Source: an uncultured Planctomycetota bacterium (GTDB lineage: Bacteria > Planctomycetota > Planctomycetia > Isosphaerales > Isosphaeraceae). Taken from it: a stretch of 64,000 nucleotides of DNA. Where the stretch lies: positions 384,001 to 448,000 of the forward strand of contig CAWJTV010000005.1 in the NCBI GenBank assembly GCA_963845755.1, read 5' to 3'. Below, one piece after another: positions 32,348 to 42,908 of this stretch; position 1 is the first letter of the stretch; each line of letters begins with the position of its first letter. The translations under genes and the position numbers were made by a program. Below the pieces are notes generated by a model. It saw nothing but the letters and a program-made list of their open reading frames with translations. It was not told where the DNA came from and searched no databases.

Positions 32348-33283
32348 ATGCGGAATCTGCTTTTGGGTGTGGCTGGGTTAATCGCCTTGCTCATCACCAC
32401 TCGAACCGGGAGCGGTGGAGATTGCCCCGCCGGTTCCTGCGGCACCAAGGAGAACCCAGCCAGGGTCATCCGCATCGGTGCCGTCGCCTACGCTCCAGGT
32501 GCCGTGACGGTCTTCGAAGGCATGCGCCGCTACTTCGATCGCAATGGTCTGCCCGTCGATTATGTCCTTTATTCCAACTACGACGTACTGGTCACGGCCC
32601 TGGACAAGGGGCAGGTGGACATCGCCTGGAACACACCGCTGGCTCATGCTCGCTACCATCTTAAGGCCGGCAATGCCAGTCAGACTCTCGTGATGCGGGA
32701 CGTGGACTGCAATTTCCGCTCCTTGCTGGTCGTACGGGCCGATGCGAAGATCGGATCTCTCGACGACTTGAAGGGAAAAACGCTGATCCTGGGAAGCTGG
32801 CAGGCTGCCGAGGCGACGGTCCTGCCGATCCATTTCTTGAAGGAAAAGGGACTGAAACTGAGCCAGCTCAAGTTTCTTAACCTCGACGCTCAGGTGGACC
32901 TGCGGGGGAATCCCTGTTCGAGCGAGATCCACGTTCTCAGCGCGCTCCAGGAAGGACGCGGGCAGTCGGGCATCATCGGCGAGAGGCTCTGGAACCGGCT
33001 GTCGAAGGAACAGCCCGACCAGGTCAGCCAATTGAAAGTCCTCTGGGTCTCCCCCTCGTTCAGCCATTGCGTGTTCACGGCGAACAAAGGATTCGATAAG
33101 GGGCTGGCGAGCCGATTCACCAGTCTGATGCTGCAGATGGACCCGAGTGATCCCCTGACTTCCGAAGTGATGCGGCTGGAAGGGACCAGGAAGTGGGTCG
33201 CAGGCAGCCCGGAGGGGTTTCAGGAATTGGTCAAGGCGCTGCGTGAGGAGCCAGGATGCTGTTCGTCAGAGTCTTGTCCATGA
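32348..33283 (+). CDS. PhnD-like (phosphate/phosphite/phosphonate) substrate-binding protein
   Basis: Signal peptide; IGAVAY, DYVLYSNYD, DIAWNTPLA, DDLKGKTL and FSHCVFT. Confidence 0.75.
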   Translation: MRNLLLGVAGLIALLITTRTGSGGDCPAGSCGTKENPARVIRIGAVAYAPGAVTVFEGMRRYFDRNGLPVDYVLYSNYDVLVTALDKGQVDIAWNTPLAHARYHLKAGNASQTLVMRDVDCNFRSLLVVRADAKIGSLDDLKGKTLILGSWQAAEATVLPIHFLKEKGLKLSQLKFLNLDAQVDLRGNPCSSEIHVLSALQEGRGQSGIIGERLWNRLSKEQPDQVSQLKVLWVSPSFSHCVFTANKGFDKGLASRFTSLMLQMDPSDPLTSEVMRLEGTRKWVAGSPEGFQELVKALREEPGCCSSESCP

Positions 33284-33419
33284 GAGCGATCCTCATCGAC
33301 GGTTATGGCGGGGTGAGCGGCTCCGGCTCGACGCGCGGCCGGATTGCGGCGCAGGCCTCGTCCATGACCGCGCGGCAGGATTCAACCCCGTGGAGTGGAA
33401 GATCCGCGGTTTCGTCCTC

Positions 33420-34722
33420 CTACTGCATTGTGTCGAACGTTCGCCTTTCCATCTCTCGGGTCCGCGCCTCATCGAAGCGGTGCTTTTTCAGGAACTCGTC
33501 GGTGATCCGGACTCCGAGTCCCGGGCCGCCAGGTGGAGCGACCGCCGCCTTGTCCCGACGCAGTCCCCCGTCGATAATTTCGCGGAAGACGGGCTCGTCC
33601 GGCTCGAAGAACTCGAGGACGAGGAAGTTCGGGATTGAGAGACACGCGTGGATCGAGGCGATGGTGCAGATCGGTCCGTTCGGGTTGTGCGGGGCGACCG
33701 AGACGTAGTACGTGTCGGCCATGGCCGCGATCTTCTTGAACTCGGTGATTCCGCCGGTGCGGGCGATGTCCGGCTGGATGATGCGCACAGCCTGGCGCTC
33801 CAGGAGTTCCCGGAAGCCATGCCGTCCGAAGAGGCGTTCCCCCGTGGCCAGGGGGACGCTTGCCGATCGCTGCACTTCCGCCATGGCCGCGATGTTCTCG
33901 GGCGGCACCGCCTCTTCGAGAAAGAACAGGCGGTAGGGCTCCGAGCGCTCGAATGATCTTGAGCGCGGAGTTGGTATTCCACCGGCCATGGACGTCGATG
34001 GCAATCTCATAATCCGCCCCGCCAGCCGCCCGCACCGCCTCGACTTGAGCCACGGCGCCTCGTAGTTCCTGGGGCGTGACCTCCCGATTGAAGGGCGAAG
34101 TGATGAACGGGTCGAACTTGCAACCGGTGAATCCCTTGGCTACCAGCTCCTTGGTCCGTCTGGCCAGAGCCTCGGGCGTGTGGGGGATCCCCTCGGTCCA
34201 ACCATTGGCGTAGATCCGCAGCGTCTCGCGGACCCTACCCCCGAGGAGGTTGTAGACCGGCACACCGAGCTTCTTGCCCACGATGTCGTACAGGGCCGTG
34301 TCGATGGCACTGATCGCGGCCATGACCACGCCGCCCATCCCGTTGTAGTAGAGGAAGCGATACATCCGGTTCCACAACTGTTCGATGTCCCAGGCCCTGG
34401 CGCCGACAACAACGTCGCTGAGTCTCTGGATGGCAGCCGCGATCGGCTGGACACCGGGGAAGTTCGTGCCTTCGCCCCAGCCGACGAAGCCGTCGGCCGT
34501 CTCGACCCGCACGAGGAGCCACGGCCCGTAACCCCTCACCCCGGTGAGCAGGTGGGGCTCGACCTTGACGACCCGGAGCGAGTCACCTGACTCCTCGGCA
34601 CCACGAGCCCAGAGGCGTCGCGAGGGGATACCGGACGCCAGAAGTCCACCGGTGATCCCCCGGGAGGCCTGCCGCAGGAACGATCGCCGTGAACCGAAGC
34701 CGACACCAGTACCCATCTTCAT
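33420..34722 (-). CDS. Tat-signal mandelate racemase/galactonate dehydratase-like enolase-superfamily enzyme, frameshift ~33948
   Basis: SRRSFLRQ Tat motif; GWGE, SAIDTALYDI.GK, KFDPF, DVHGR, FLEE, ATGER, QPD and APHNP. Confidence 0.85.
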
Positions 34723-35162
34723 CGGATGCCCTCTCTGCCTCGCCGGTGATTCGATGATGTCCCGCCCACAAAGGTAAGCCAGAGCGATTTGGCGGTAGAC
34801 GGACGCTCGTCGCCGCATGATTGCGTATCTTGAGCCGCTCGAACAGGGGTCTCCCACCAGGAACTTCCGATCCCCGACGCTCCGGGCATGAACCCGTCGC
34901 TATTCCGCTCCTAACAGCGCGAGACGGTGGTGTCGGAGAAGCTGGAGGCGCTGTTGAAGCTGGTAATCGGGTTCGCCAAGTCTTCACCGACCACGAGATG
35001 CGGTTGAATGGCGGTCAGTTTGCTGATCGGCGTGTTGGGGCGCGATCGATCTGCATGCCTCAATGCAGAGTCCTTCACCGCGACGAATCCGGTACAGGAT
35101 ATCGCCCAGGTTCGCGCAGTGATTATGCTCTCAGTGGCGCTAACAAGAAGGGGGACAGGCAC

Positions 35163-36660
35163 GAATGCCACGAAGTTAGTGCACAAATCCTGCCTTCTAA
35201 ACAAGTTGTAGCATCTTGAGCAAAGGAGGGGCTCCGGGCAATCTGGTGGTAGGTCCCAGCCACCCTGACCCCGAAGGAGCCCTCCCGTGCCGGTACGGAT
35301 TGTCACCATCTTGGGCCGTCTCAAGCAAGACCTCGCCGACGGGCTTTCTCGCGAGGCCATCGAGCAGGCATGCAAGCAGGAGAAATACTCGTGGCGCGCA
35401 GCGGATGCTCGATCCGGTCACGACCGTCTATCTGTTTATCCTCCAGATCCTTCACGGCAACACCGCCTGTTCGCACGTGGTCCACTTCGGCCGATGGAAC
35501 TTCACCGATGCCGCCTACTGTGCCGCGCGGAAGCGGCTCCCCCTGGCGGTCCTCCGCCGCCTTGCTGCGCGGATCGCCGCGAGTGTCCGGACGGCGACGA
35601 CGGCCCAATCGACCTGGCACGGCCACCGGGTCTGGCTCCTCGACGGGTCGAGCTTCTCGATGCCCGACACCCGCGAGCTGCAGGAGGCATTCGGCCAGCC
35701 CAGCGGCCAGCGGCGGGGATGCGGCTTCCCGGTCGCCAAGTTTCTGGCACTCTTCGACCTGGCCACCGGCATGCTCCTGCGGGTCGAGCCGGCGCCGCTC
35801 CGCTCGCACGAGATGGCGCAATGCGCCGTGGCCACCTCCGCTCTGAACCCCGGCGACATCGCGCTGGGTGACCGCGCCTTTTGCTCATACGCTCACCTGG
35901 CCATCCTCCTGAACCGCAAGCAGCACGGGGTCTTCCGCGCATCAGCGCCAGATCATCGACTTCACTCCGGGTCGGCCGCAGGCGGTGCGGGGCAAGGGGA
36001 AGAAGCCGCACGAGGCAAAGATCCGTCCGCATTCGCGGTGGGTGCTCTCGCAGGGCGAATCCGATCAAGTAGTCATCTGGTCCAAGCCCAAGTCTCATCC
36101 GAGATGGATCACCAAGGATGAGTATGCGTCACTGCAAGAAGAGATCGCGGTGCGTGAGCTGCGATATAAGGTCTCGACGCCGGGATACCGTGTCGGCGAG
36201 GTGACGCTGGTGACGACGCTCCTGGACGCGTCGGTGTACCCGGCGGAGGCGCTGGCGGATCTGTACTTCCGGCGATGGCAGGTGAAAGTTTATCTGAGAG
36301 ACTTGAAGATCACGTTGAAGATGGATGTGCTGAAGTGCAAGACAGTGGATGGCGTGTTGAAGGAGCTGGCGGTCTTCGCCCTGGTGTACAACCTGGTGCG
36401 ATCGGTGGCGTGCCAGGCGGCGCAGGCTCAGGGCGTGGCTGCGGGCCGGGTGAGCGTGACCGACGCAGTGCGATGGCTGGTGGGCGCCGAAGGGGACGAG
36501 GATCTGTCGGTGATCTTGACCGTCCCCAAGCGGAAGGGTCGATTCGAGCCGCGCGTCAAGAAGCACCGCCCGAAACAGTACGATCTGATGACCAAACCCC
36601 GCAGAGAACTACGTAAAGAGCTTCTGGACAACAAGGTTGCAGCTTAAATTCGCGGCATTC
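35163..36660 (+). mobile_element. IS4-family insertion sequence (1498 bp)
   Basis: Terminal IRs GAATGCCACGAAGTTA (left) and GAATGCCGCGAATTTA (right, reverse complement); 11-bp target duplication GGGACAGGCAC at 35152-35162 and 36661-36671. Confidence 0.92.
35287..36647 (+). CDS. IS4-family DDE transposase (two apparent frameshifts, ~35400 and ~35940)
   Basis: LLDGSSFSMPDT, LGDRAF and LYFRRWQVKVYLRDLK (YREK-like, with K at the expected catalytic E position); stop codon lies inside the right IR. Confidence 0.85.
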
Positions 36661-37524
36661 GGGACAGGCACCTCAAGAGACTGGGAGCCGTTCCCCTTTC
36701 TGTTAGCACCCGTGATGGTTTCGCGGGCAGCTTGGCTCGGCTGTGAACAGGTACCGGTCTTCCCGACCTAGCCCCTTGATTGCGATCCATCGGGCCGAGG
36801 GGGATAAGTGCCGGTGACCGGAAGGAGACTCATACCATGAACGCCGCGTTCTCTCGAAGGAAGCTCATCCAGGCCGCGGGCGCGGTGGCCTTGCCGTTTC
36901 CCGCCACGGCGGCGGCAAAGTCGTCCGGATCCCGGCATGAAGTCACAGACACACCCAAGATCTGCCTCGAACTCGGTGCAGGCGGCCTTGCAGGAGCCGC
37001 GCCGAACCATGCCGGGGCGCGGCGGGTGAAGCAGCTCGGGGTGGATCATGTGATTGCCAGGTACCCGGGCGCATCCCGTGGCAGGAGGCCCCGCTCCGGG
37101 AGCTGATCGACCGCCTGAAAAGCGAGGGTCTGACGGTGGGGAACATCATGATCAGCGGATTCCCCAAGACCCTCTATGGACGGCCCGGACGTGACGAGGA
37201 GATCGACAAGGTCATCCAGTCGATCCGCGCGGCCGGCAAGGTCGGTCTACCGGTCATCGAACGCCGATTTCCGCGGAGGGGAAACCGACTGACATTCTGA
37301 TCGGTCTGCACCGAGATCTGTAGGGGATCGCCCCGGTCGTTGTCAGTTCCTTCCTCGCCCTCGGTTCCGTCGCCCGTCAGGTACAGAGCCGGCGATGTCG
37401 TGATGGCAGGGGCCGATTCTTCCGCGATTTCACCGCGATTGCCTTCGAATGACCGCCGGCCGCGAGTAACCTGGCCCTCGGCTCGTCTCTGAAAACCGAC
37501 TGACAACCCGAGGGAGCACCGGTT

Positions 37525-37788
37525 ATGGATGACACCCAGTACCGGGAGTTCTTCGCCCGGCCCACGCAGCCGTATCACCGCCGTTACGAGGCCCTCCGTG
37601 CCGTGTTCCTCGACGGCCGTTCGCAGAAGGAGGTCGCCGAGCAGTTCGGCTACCGCTACAGCGCGCTGCGGCAGTTGGTCTATGAGTTCCGACGGCACGG
37701 CCGAGACCCTGGTGATGCCTCCCCCTTTTTCGAGAGCGGAAGTGCGGGCGCCCAGCCGCGTCGAGCACCGTGGCGCCGTCGCGAGTGA
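37525..37788 (+). CDS. IS ORF A, helix-turn-helix protein
   Basis: YEALRAVFLDGRSQKEVAEQFGYRYSALRQL HTH; contains SPFF encoded by CCCCCTTTTTC. Confidence 0.75.
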   Translation: MDDTQYREFFARPTQPYHRRYEALRAVFLDGRSQKEVAEQFGYRYSALRQLVYEFRRHGRDPGDASPFFESGSAGAQPRRAPWRRRE

Positions 37789-39128
37789 ACGAGGATACCG
37801 AGCCCGAGACGGCCGAGGTGGCGGACCGCCAGCAACTGGTCTTATCCGGCACCGATCCCTTGCGGCTGAAGACACGCGTCGCGGGCTTGTTCCTCTTCCT
37901 CCCGCTGTTGGCACGCCTGAGGTTCGACGAGTTGGTCCATCAGGCTGGCTACGCGGGGTCGCGCATGGTCCCCGCCGACGCCGCCCTGCTGAGTCTCCTG
38001 ACGCTGAAGCTCCTGGACAAGGAGCGGCGCAGCCACATCGACGACTTCAACTTCGAGGGGGCGCTGGGCCTATTCGCCGGGCTGAACATCCTGCCCAAGA
38101 AGAGCTTCGCCACCGATTACTCTTATCGCGCGGGGCCCGAGCAGCAGCGGCGGCTCTTGGCGGGCTGGGTGAAGTGTCTGGCGCCGGTGCTGCTGCCCGG
38201 GGCGAACGCCTTCGCGCTGGATTTCCATCCCATCCCCTACCGCGGCGACGAGGCCGTGTTGGAGAACCATTACATCCCCGGCCGGGGCACGGCCCACGCC
38301 AGCGTCCAGTCATTCTTCGCCCAGGAGCACGAGAGCCGGGTGCTCTGCTATGCCAACGCCAACCTGACGCGCGACGAGCAGTCGGCCGAGGTCCTGCGGT
38401 TCGTCGAGTTCTGGCACGAGTTGACGGGGCACGACCCGGAATGGTTGTACTTCGACTCGAAGCTGACGACCTATGCGGAGCTGTCGAGCCTGAACCGGCG
38501 GGGCGTCCACTTCGTCACCATCCGCCGTCGCGGGGCACGGCTGGTCCAGAAGATCCTCCAGCGGCCGGCGGGCGATTGGACGGGCGCCGTCATCGACATC
38601 CCCAAGCGCCGTCAGAAGCGCGTTCGGTACCTGGAACAGCCGGTCCGGCTACGTGACTACGAAGGCGCGGTGCGACAGATCGCCGTGACCGGCCTGGGAC
38701 GGGAGGAACCCACCCTGTTCCTGACGAATCACTTCGAGGCGCGGCCGCGCGACCTGATCATCAACTACGCGCGGCGGAACCGGATCGAGGACGGCCTGGG
38801 CACGAGTGTGGACTTCTTCCATCTCGACTGCCTGTCCAGCGAGGTACGCTTGAATGTCGATTTGGATGTGGCGTTGACGGTGATCGCCCACGGCTGTTAC
38901 CGCTGGTTGGCCAGCGGACTGAAGGGCTTCGAGAAGGCGAAGCCGAAGCAACTATATCGCAAGTTCGTAGAGACGGGCGGAGCGATCGAGGTGGCAGCGG
39001 ACCGCACGCTACGGGTCCACTTCGACCGCCGCAGCCATAACCCCATCCTGCGCGAAGCCGCCCTCGACCGCGACTGCCCGCCGGTCTCCTGGTTGAGTGG
39101 CTACCGCATCGAGTTCCACTACCGGTGA
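37770..39128 (+). CDS. IS ORF B, putative DDE transposase
   Basis: Acidic motifs ALDFH, YFDSK and YARRNRIEDG; lies between the IRs, in the -1 frame relative to ORF A. Confidence 0.8.
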   Translation: MAPSRVNEDTEPETAEVADRQQLVLSGTDPLRLKTRVAGLFLFLPLLARLRFDELVHQAGYAGSRMVPADAALLSLLTLKLLDKERRSHIDDFNFEGALGLFAGLNILPKKSFATDYSYRAGPEQQRRLLAGWVKCLAPVLLPGANAFALDFHPIPYRGDEAVLENHYIPGRGTAHASVQSFFAQEHESRVLCYANANLTRDEQSAEVLRFVEFWHELTGHDPEWLYFDSKLTTYAELSSLNRRGVHFVTIRRRGARLVQKILQRPAGDWTGAVIDIPKRRQKRVRYLEQPVRLRDYEGAVRQIAVTGLGREEPTLFLTNHFEARPRDLIINYARRNRIEDGLGTSVDFFHLDCLSSEVRLNVDLDVALTVIAHGCYRWLASGLKGFEKAKPKQLYRKFVETGGAIEVAADRTLRVHFDRRSHNPILREAALDRDCPPVSWLSGYRIEFHYR

Positions 39129-39985
39129 TCCCTTCGGTGTCGCCCGGAGACTCGAGAAATGTCAGTCGGTTTCCCTCCGCGGAAATCGGCGTCGAATACA
39201 ACTTCTATGCGCACCGGCTGACGGAAGGCTACTACGAAGAGACCGGCCGGGCCGGCGCGGGCATGACGGCCTTCGACTACGACAAGGTCAAAGACCTGCC
39301 TCCGTTGGAGCGGGAAGGCGCCCACTCGCTCGATGAGATGTGGGCCAACGTCACGTACTTCCTCAAGGCGGTGGTTCCCGTGGCCGAGCAGTCGGGAGTG
39401 CGCCTGGCCCTGCATCCCAACGATCCACCGGCTCCCATCAGCCGGGGATCGGGCCAGATCATGAGCACCCTGGCGGGTTGGAAGCGGCTGATCGACATCG
39501 TCAAGAGCCCCTCGAACGGCCTCACCTTCGATTGCGGCGTGACCCGCGAACTGGGGGAGGATCCGGTCGAGGTTTGCCGCTTTCTCGGAGCGCGCGACTG
39601 CATCAACCATGTCCATTACCGCAACGTGACCGTACGAAAGCCCTACGAGAAGTACACCGAGGTGTTCCTCGACGAGGGCGACAACAATATGTTCCTGGTG
39701 ATGAAGGAGCTGGTCAGGCAGAAATACCCGCGCCTGATCTACCCCGAGCATCCTCGCGCCCTCGATTACGACCGCGAACGGCCGAACTTCCGATCGGGGT
39801 ACCCGGGCGGCGGGGGCTATGCGGCATACGCGTTCAACGTGGGTTACACACGGGCCATGTTGCAGGCCGCCCTGTCGTCATCATGAGCCGGCTTGCCCTG
39901 TCCGCCTCGGGCTGCCTTCGGACACGGAAGGGTTTCCTGCCATTCCACGAGTGCAGAGTTACCACGCGCCTTCAGCCCTCGGGGT

Positions 39986-41389
39986 TCAGCTCCAGAGACG
40001 GTCGTTGGAGCGATCCCGATTCCACTCGTCCGTGGGTGCGAAGTACGGCTGGCCGGGCGCCAGATGGGCTCGGATCACCTCTTCGTTCAGCTCGATGCCG
40101 AGACCGGGTCGATCAGGGACGTGGACGAAGCCGGCCTTGACCAACGGTTTCTCGGGGCCGATCACGAGGTCTTCCCACCAGGGCACATCAATGCTATGGT
40201 GCTCGAGAACGATGACGTTTTGGGTCGCGGCCGCGCAATGGACGTTGGCCATGAACGAGATCGGCGAGCCGGCGAAGTGCATGGCCATACCGACGCCGCG
40301 TTCCTCGGCGTAATCGCCGATCTTCTTGGTCTCGAGGATCCCGCCGGCGCTGGCCAGATCGGGATGGATGAGGTTGACGGCATGCGCGTCGATGAGTTTG
40401 ATAAAATCTTCTTTCAGATAGATATCTTCACCCGTGAGGGTGGGCACCTCGATGGCGTTCGTGATCTGCTTCCAGAGCTCGGGGTACTGCCAGGGGACCA
40501 GGTCCTCGAGCCAGGCGAGCTGGTAGGGCATGAGCGCCCTACCGAGGCGAATCGCGTCGTTGACGGAAAAGTGGCCGAGGTGGTCGGCGGCGAGCGGGAC
40601 CGAGTAGCCGATGGTCTCGCGGACGGTCGCCACGTACTCGACGAGTCGCGCGATCGCCCGGTCGGTCAGCTGGATCGCGGTGAAAGGATGGGGGGTCATC
40701 CGGTCGGCCGACCAGTTGAAACCCAGCGGGGCGGTGATCAGGCCCGGCTGCCCCGCGAGGAGGTTGATGCCCAGGTCCATCTTGAGGAACGTGAAGCCCA
40801 GGTCGAGGCGGGCTTTGAGTCGGCGCGCGTAGGTGGCACGGTCGCGCGAGATGACCGTATCGGCATAGAGGCGGACCCGCTCGCGGTAGCGACCGCCGAG
40901 CATCTGGTACACGGGGACCTCGTAGGCCTTGCCGGCAAGATCCCAGAGGGCCATCTCCACGCCGCTGACGCCGCCTCCCTGCCGGCCGTGGGAACCGAAC
41001 TGCTTGAGTCGCTTGAACAGGCGTTCGACGTTGCAGGGATTCTGACCCAGGAGACGGCTCTTGAGCATGAGTGCGTAACGGGGACTGCCCCCGTCCCGAA
41101 CCTCGCCGTAGCCCGTCAGGCCCTGGTTCGTATCGATCCGGATGATCGGCACCTGAAATGGAGCGCCTCGGATCTGGGCGATCCGGAGATCGGTGATTCG
41201 GAGGTCGGAGGGTTTGGAGCTTCGATTGACGTCTTGTGAGGCGTAGGCAATCTGCTCTTCGACGGAGGCACTCATCATCGCGGCCAGGGAAAGGCCTCCC
41301 AGGCCTGCTGATTTGAGCAAGCCGCGGCGGGTGAGCGAGGCGCCCTCGGGAGAGCATTGAGGGGTGTTACGCGTCGTCATGGTGGTCAT
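39986..41389 (-). CDS. Tat-signal mandelate racemase/muconate lactonizing family enzyme
   Basis: TRRGLLKS Tat motif; GYGEVRDG, SGVEMALWDLAGK, KMD, DHLGH, WLED and TGEDIY. Confidence 0.9.
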   Translation of the reverse strand: MTTMTTRNTPQCSPEGASLTRRGLLKSAGLGGLSLAAMMSASVEEQIAYASQDVNRSSKPSDLRITDLRIAQIRGAPFQVPIIRIDTNQGLTGYGEVRDGGSPRYALMLKSRLLGQNPCNVERLFKRLKQFGSHGRQGGGVSGVEMALWDLAGKAYEVPVYQMLGGRYRERVRLYADTVISRDRATYARRLKARLDLGFTFLKMDLGINLLAGQPGLITAPLGFNWSADRMTPHPFTAIQLTDRAIARLVEYVATVRETIGYSVPLAADHLGHFSVNDAIRLGRALMPYQLAWLEDLVPWQYPELWKQITNAIEVPTLTGEDIYLKEDFIKLIDAHAVNLIHPDLASAGGILETKKIGDYAEERGVGMAMHFAGSPISFMANVHCAAATQNVIVLEHHSIDVPWWEDLVIGPEKPLVKAGFVHVPDRPGLGIELNEEVIRAHLAPGQPYFAPTDEWNRDRSNDRLWS

Positions 41390-41474
41390 CGCCGATAGAC
41401 TCCCAGGCTCCAGAGACGGCTCGACCGTGAGCGGGGCAGGTTCCGTCCGCGATAGCGGATGAGGCTCGGTTTTG

Positions 41475-42461
41475 TCACTTACCGCGGGGCGACCGTTCGC
41501 GAATCAGGGCCTCGATCGTGGTGCGCGGCACGTCCAATCGGTCCTTGTTCTGCATGAGCCAGCCGGTGAAATCCTCCTCGATCTCCCTGGTCCACCTGGT
41601 GTCGATCTGGCCCGGCGTGTAGGTCCCCTCGCGGAGGCGCTGATGGCCGAACCGGTCGCGAAGCATGATCCGCTCTGCCTGCTCGACGACCGCCTCGGCG
41701 AGTTGGGCGGGGATGAAGATGACCCCCTCGCGCTTGGCCAGGATGACATCGCCGGGGAGTACGGTCACATGTCCGATACGAACCGGGGTGTTCAGCCCCA
41801 TGAGCATCATGTCGCGGATGGCCGTCGGATCCCATCCCCGGACGAACGCGTTGAAGCCCTTGATCTCAGACAGTCCTTGGAGGTCGCGGACCGAGCCGTC
41901 GAATACGACACCGTTGCCGGACTTGGCGAAGATGGAGTTTCCCAGATTGTCCCCGATGAGGGTCCCGTCGTGGATCTTCCCGAAGCCGTCGGCAACGTAG
42001 ACGTCACCCGGCTGGAGGGCGTCGATGGGCCAGGAGTTCATGGCACCGACACGGCCTTCCTGATGGCCGCGGTCGAGCATGCGCCTGGCCAGCTCGGGGC
42101 GCGCGGGCATGTATTGAGCCGTGAGGGCGCGGCCCACCACGGGCACGTCATTGTGAATCATTTTCCAGTCGCCCTCGAATTGGGATGGGTAGCCGTGCGA
42201 GCGTAAATAACCCCATGCCTCTTCGATCGAGACCCTCCGCATCCGGGCCAAGACCCCATCGGGGACCTTGGGACGGCCGTCGGAGAAACGTTCGCCTTTC
42301 CATTCCGCCGTGAGGAAAACCAACTGCTCGCGGGAGATGGTCTGAGCCGGAACGACGTCGCCGAAACTCACGACGAAGCAGGCCATGAGCGACGTCGTCA
42401 GCAACATGACGCGCTGCTCTCGCCGGTTGTGGGACGATGCGATCTGGGTTGTCTTGAGCAT
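41475..42461 (-). CDS. RraA/HMG-aldolase-like protein with signal-like N-terminus
   Basis: DGRPKVPD, VGRALTAQYMP, GDNL, GVVFDGSVRD and VLPGDVILA..EGVIFIP; AGGAGG RBS. Confidence 0.8.
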   Translation of the reverse strand: MLKTTQIASSHNRREQRVMLLTTSLMACFVVSFGDVVPAQTISREQLVFLTAEWKGERFSDGRPKVPDGVLARMRRVSIEEAWGYLRSHGYPSQFEGDWKMIHNDVPVVGRALTAQYMPARPELARRMLDRGHQEGRVGAMNSWPIDALQPGDVYVADGFGKIHDGTLIGDNLGNSIFAKSGNGVVFDGSVRDLQGLSEIKGFNAFVRGWDPTAIRDMMLMGLNTPVRIGHVTVLPGDVILAKREGVIFIPAQLAEAVVEQAERIMLRDRFGHQRLREGTYTPGQIDTRWTREIEEDFTGWLMQNKDRLDVPRTTIEALIRERSPRGK

Positions 42462-42908
42462 GTCTGGCACCTCCTGAGGACGGTTACCGCGGGACGACCT
42501 TTTCGGGGCGTGATTCGGAGACCCCGCGCAGAACGCCACTGCGTCCCCCCTCACCCTATACATCGCCCCGCTGGCAGTGCTTTTTCCGGGGCCATTGATT
42601 CTCACCGGTCCCGGTGCCGTCGTCCAGGGTATGGTGAAGCCGGACGGCGCCGGCCTTCTCAATACGCGTTATGGACAGATGACGATGGCCTCGATCGCGC
42701 AGGCAGCGATCGATCGGCTTCGCCAGCGGCTGGCCCCACCGGTTGGCTGCCCGGGTGTTCGAACTCCGATGAAATGACCGACGGCGCTGTCGGGCCGTCG
42801 ATGATGTGATACACTCGGCGGATGGTCGACCCGCGTCCGGGAAGACAGGGGCGCGGGTCCAGGCAACGGTCGTCCTTCATCTCGCGAAGTCGCTACCGGA
42901 GACAACCT

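Larger units (their letters stand above)
35139..36707. repeat. REP-like imperfect palindrome split by the IS4 insertion
   Basis: Removing the IS and one target copy gives GCTAACAAGAAGGGGGACAGGCACC-tcaagagactg-GGAGCCGTTCCCCTTTCTGTTAGC, whose arms are complementary. Confidence 0.7.
37262..39191 (+). mobile_element. Two-ORF insertion sequence, family not assigned (~1930 bp)
   Basis: About 35-bp terminal IRs CGCCGATTTCCGCGGAGGG(G)AAACCGACTGACATT; duplication TCGAA at 37257-37261 and 39192-39196 (or 3-bp CGA if each end is one base longer). Confidence 0.92.
36837..39886 (+). pseudogene. uxuA: Tat-signal mannonate dehydratase (UxuA-like) interrupted by an IS
   Basis: SRRKLIQAA...KQLGVDHV...IRAAGKVGLPVIE | IS | YNFY...LALHPNDPP...HVHYRN...PEH. 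The reading frame rejoins exactly across the IS. One further indel at about 37070. Confidence 0.85.

Noticed and set aside
34915..34975. RETVVSEKLEALLKL, resembling a short AbiEii nucleotidyltransferase segment
   Set aside because: Only about 15 residues with no supporting ORF; at most a tiny remnant.
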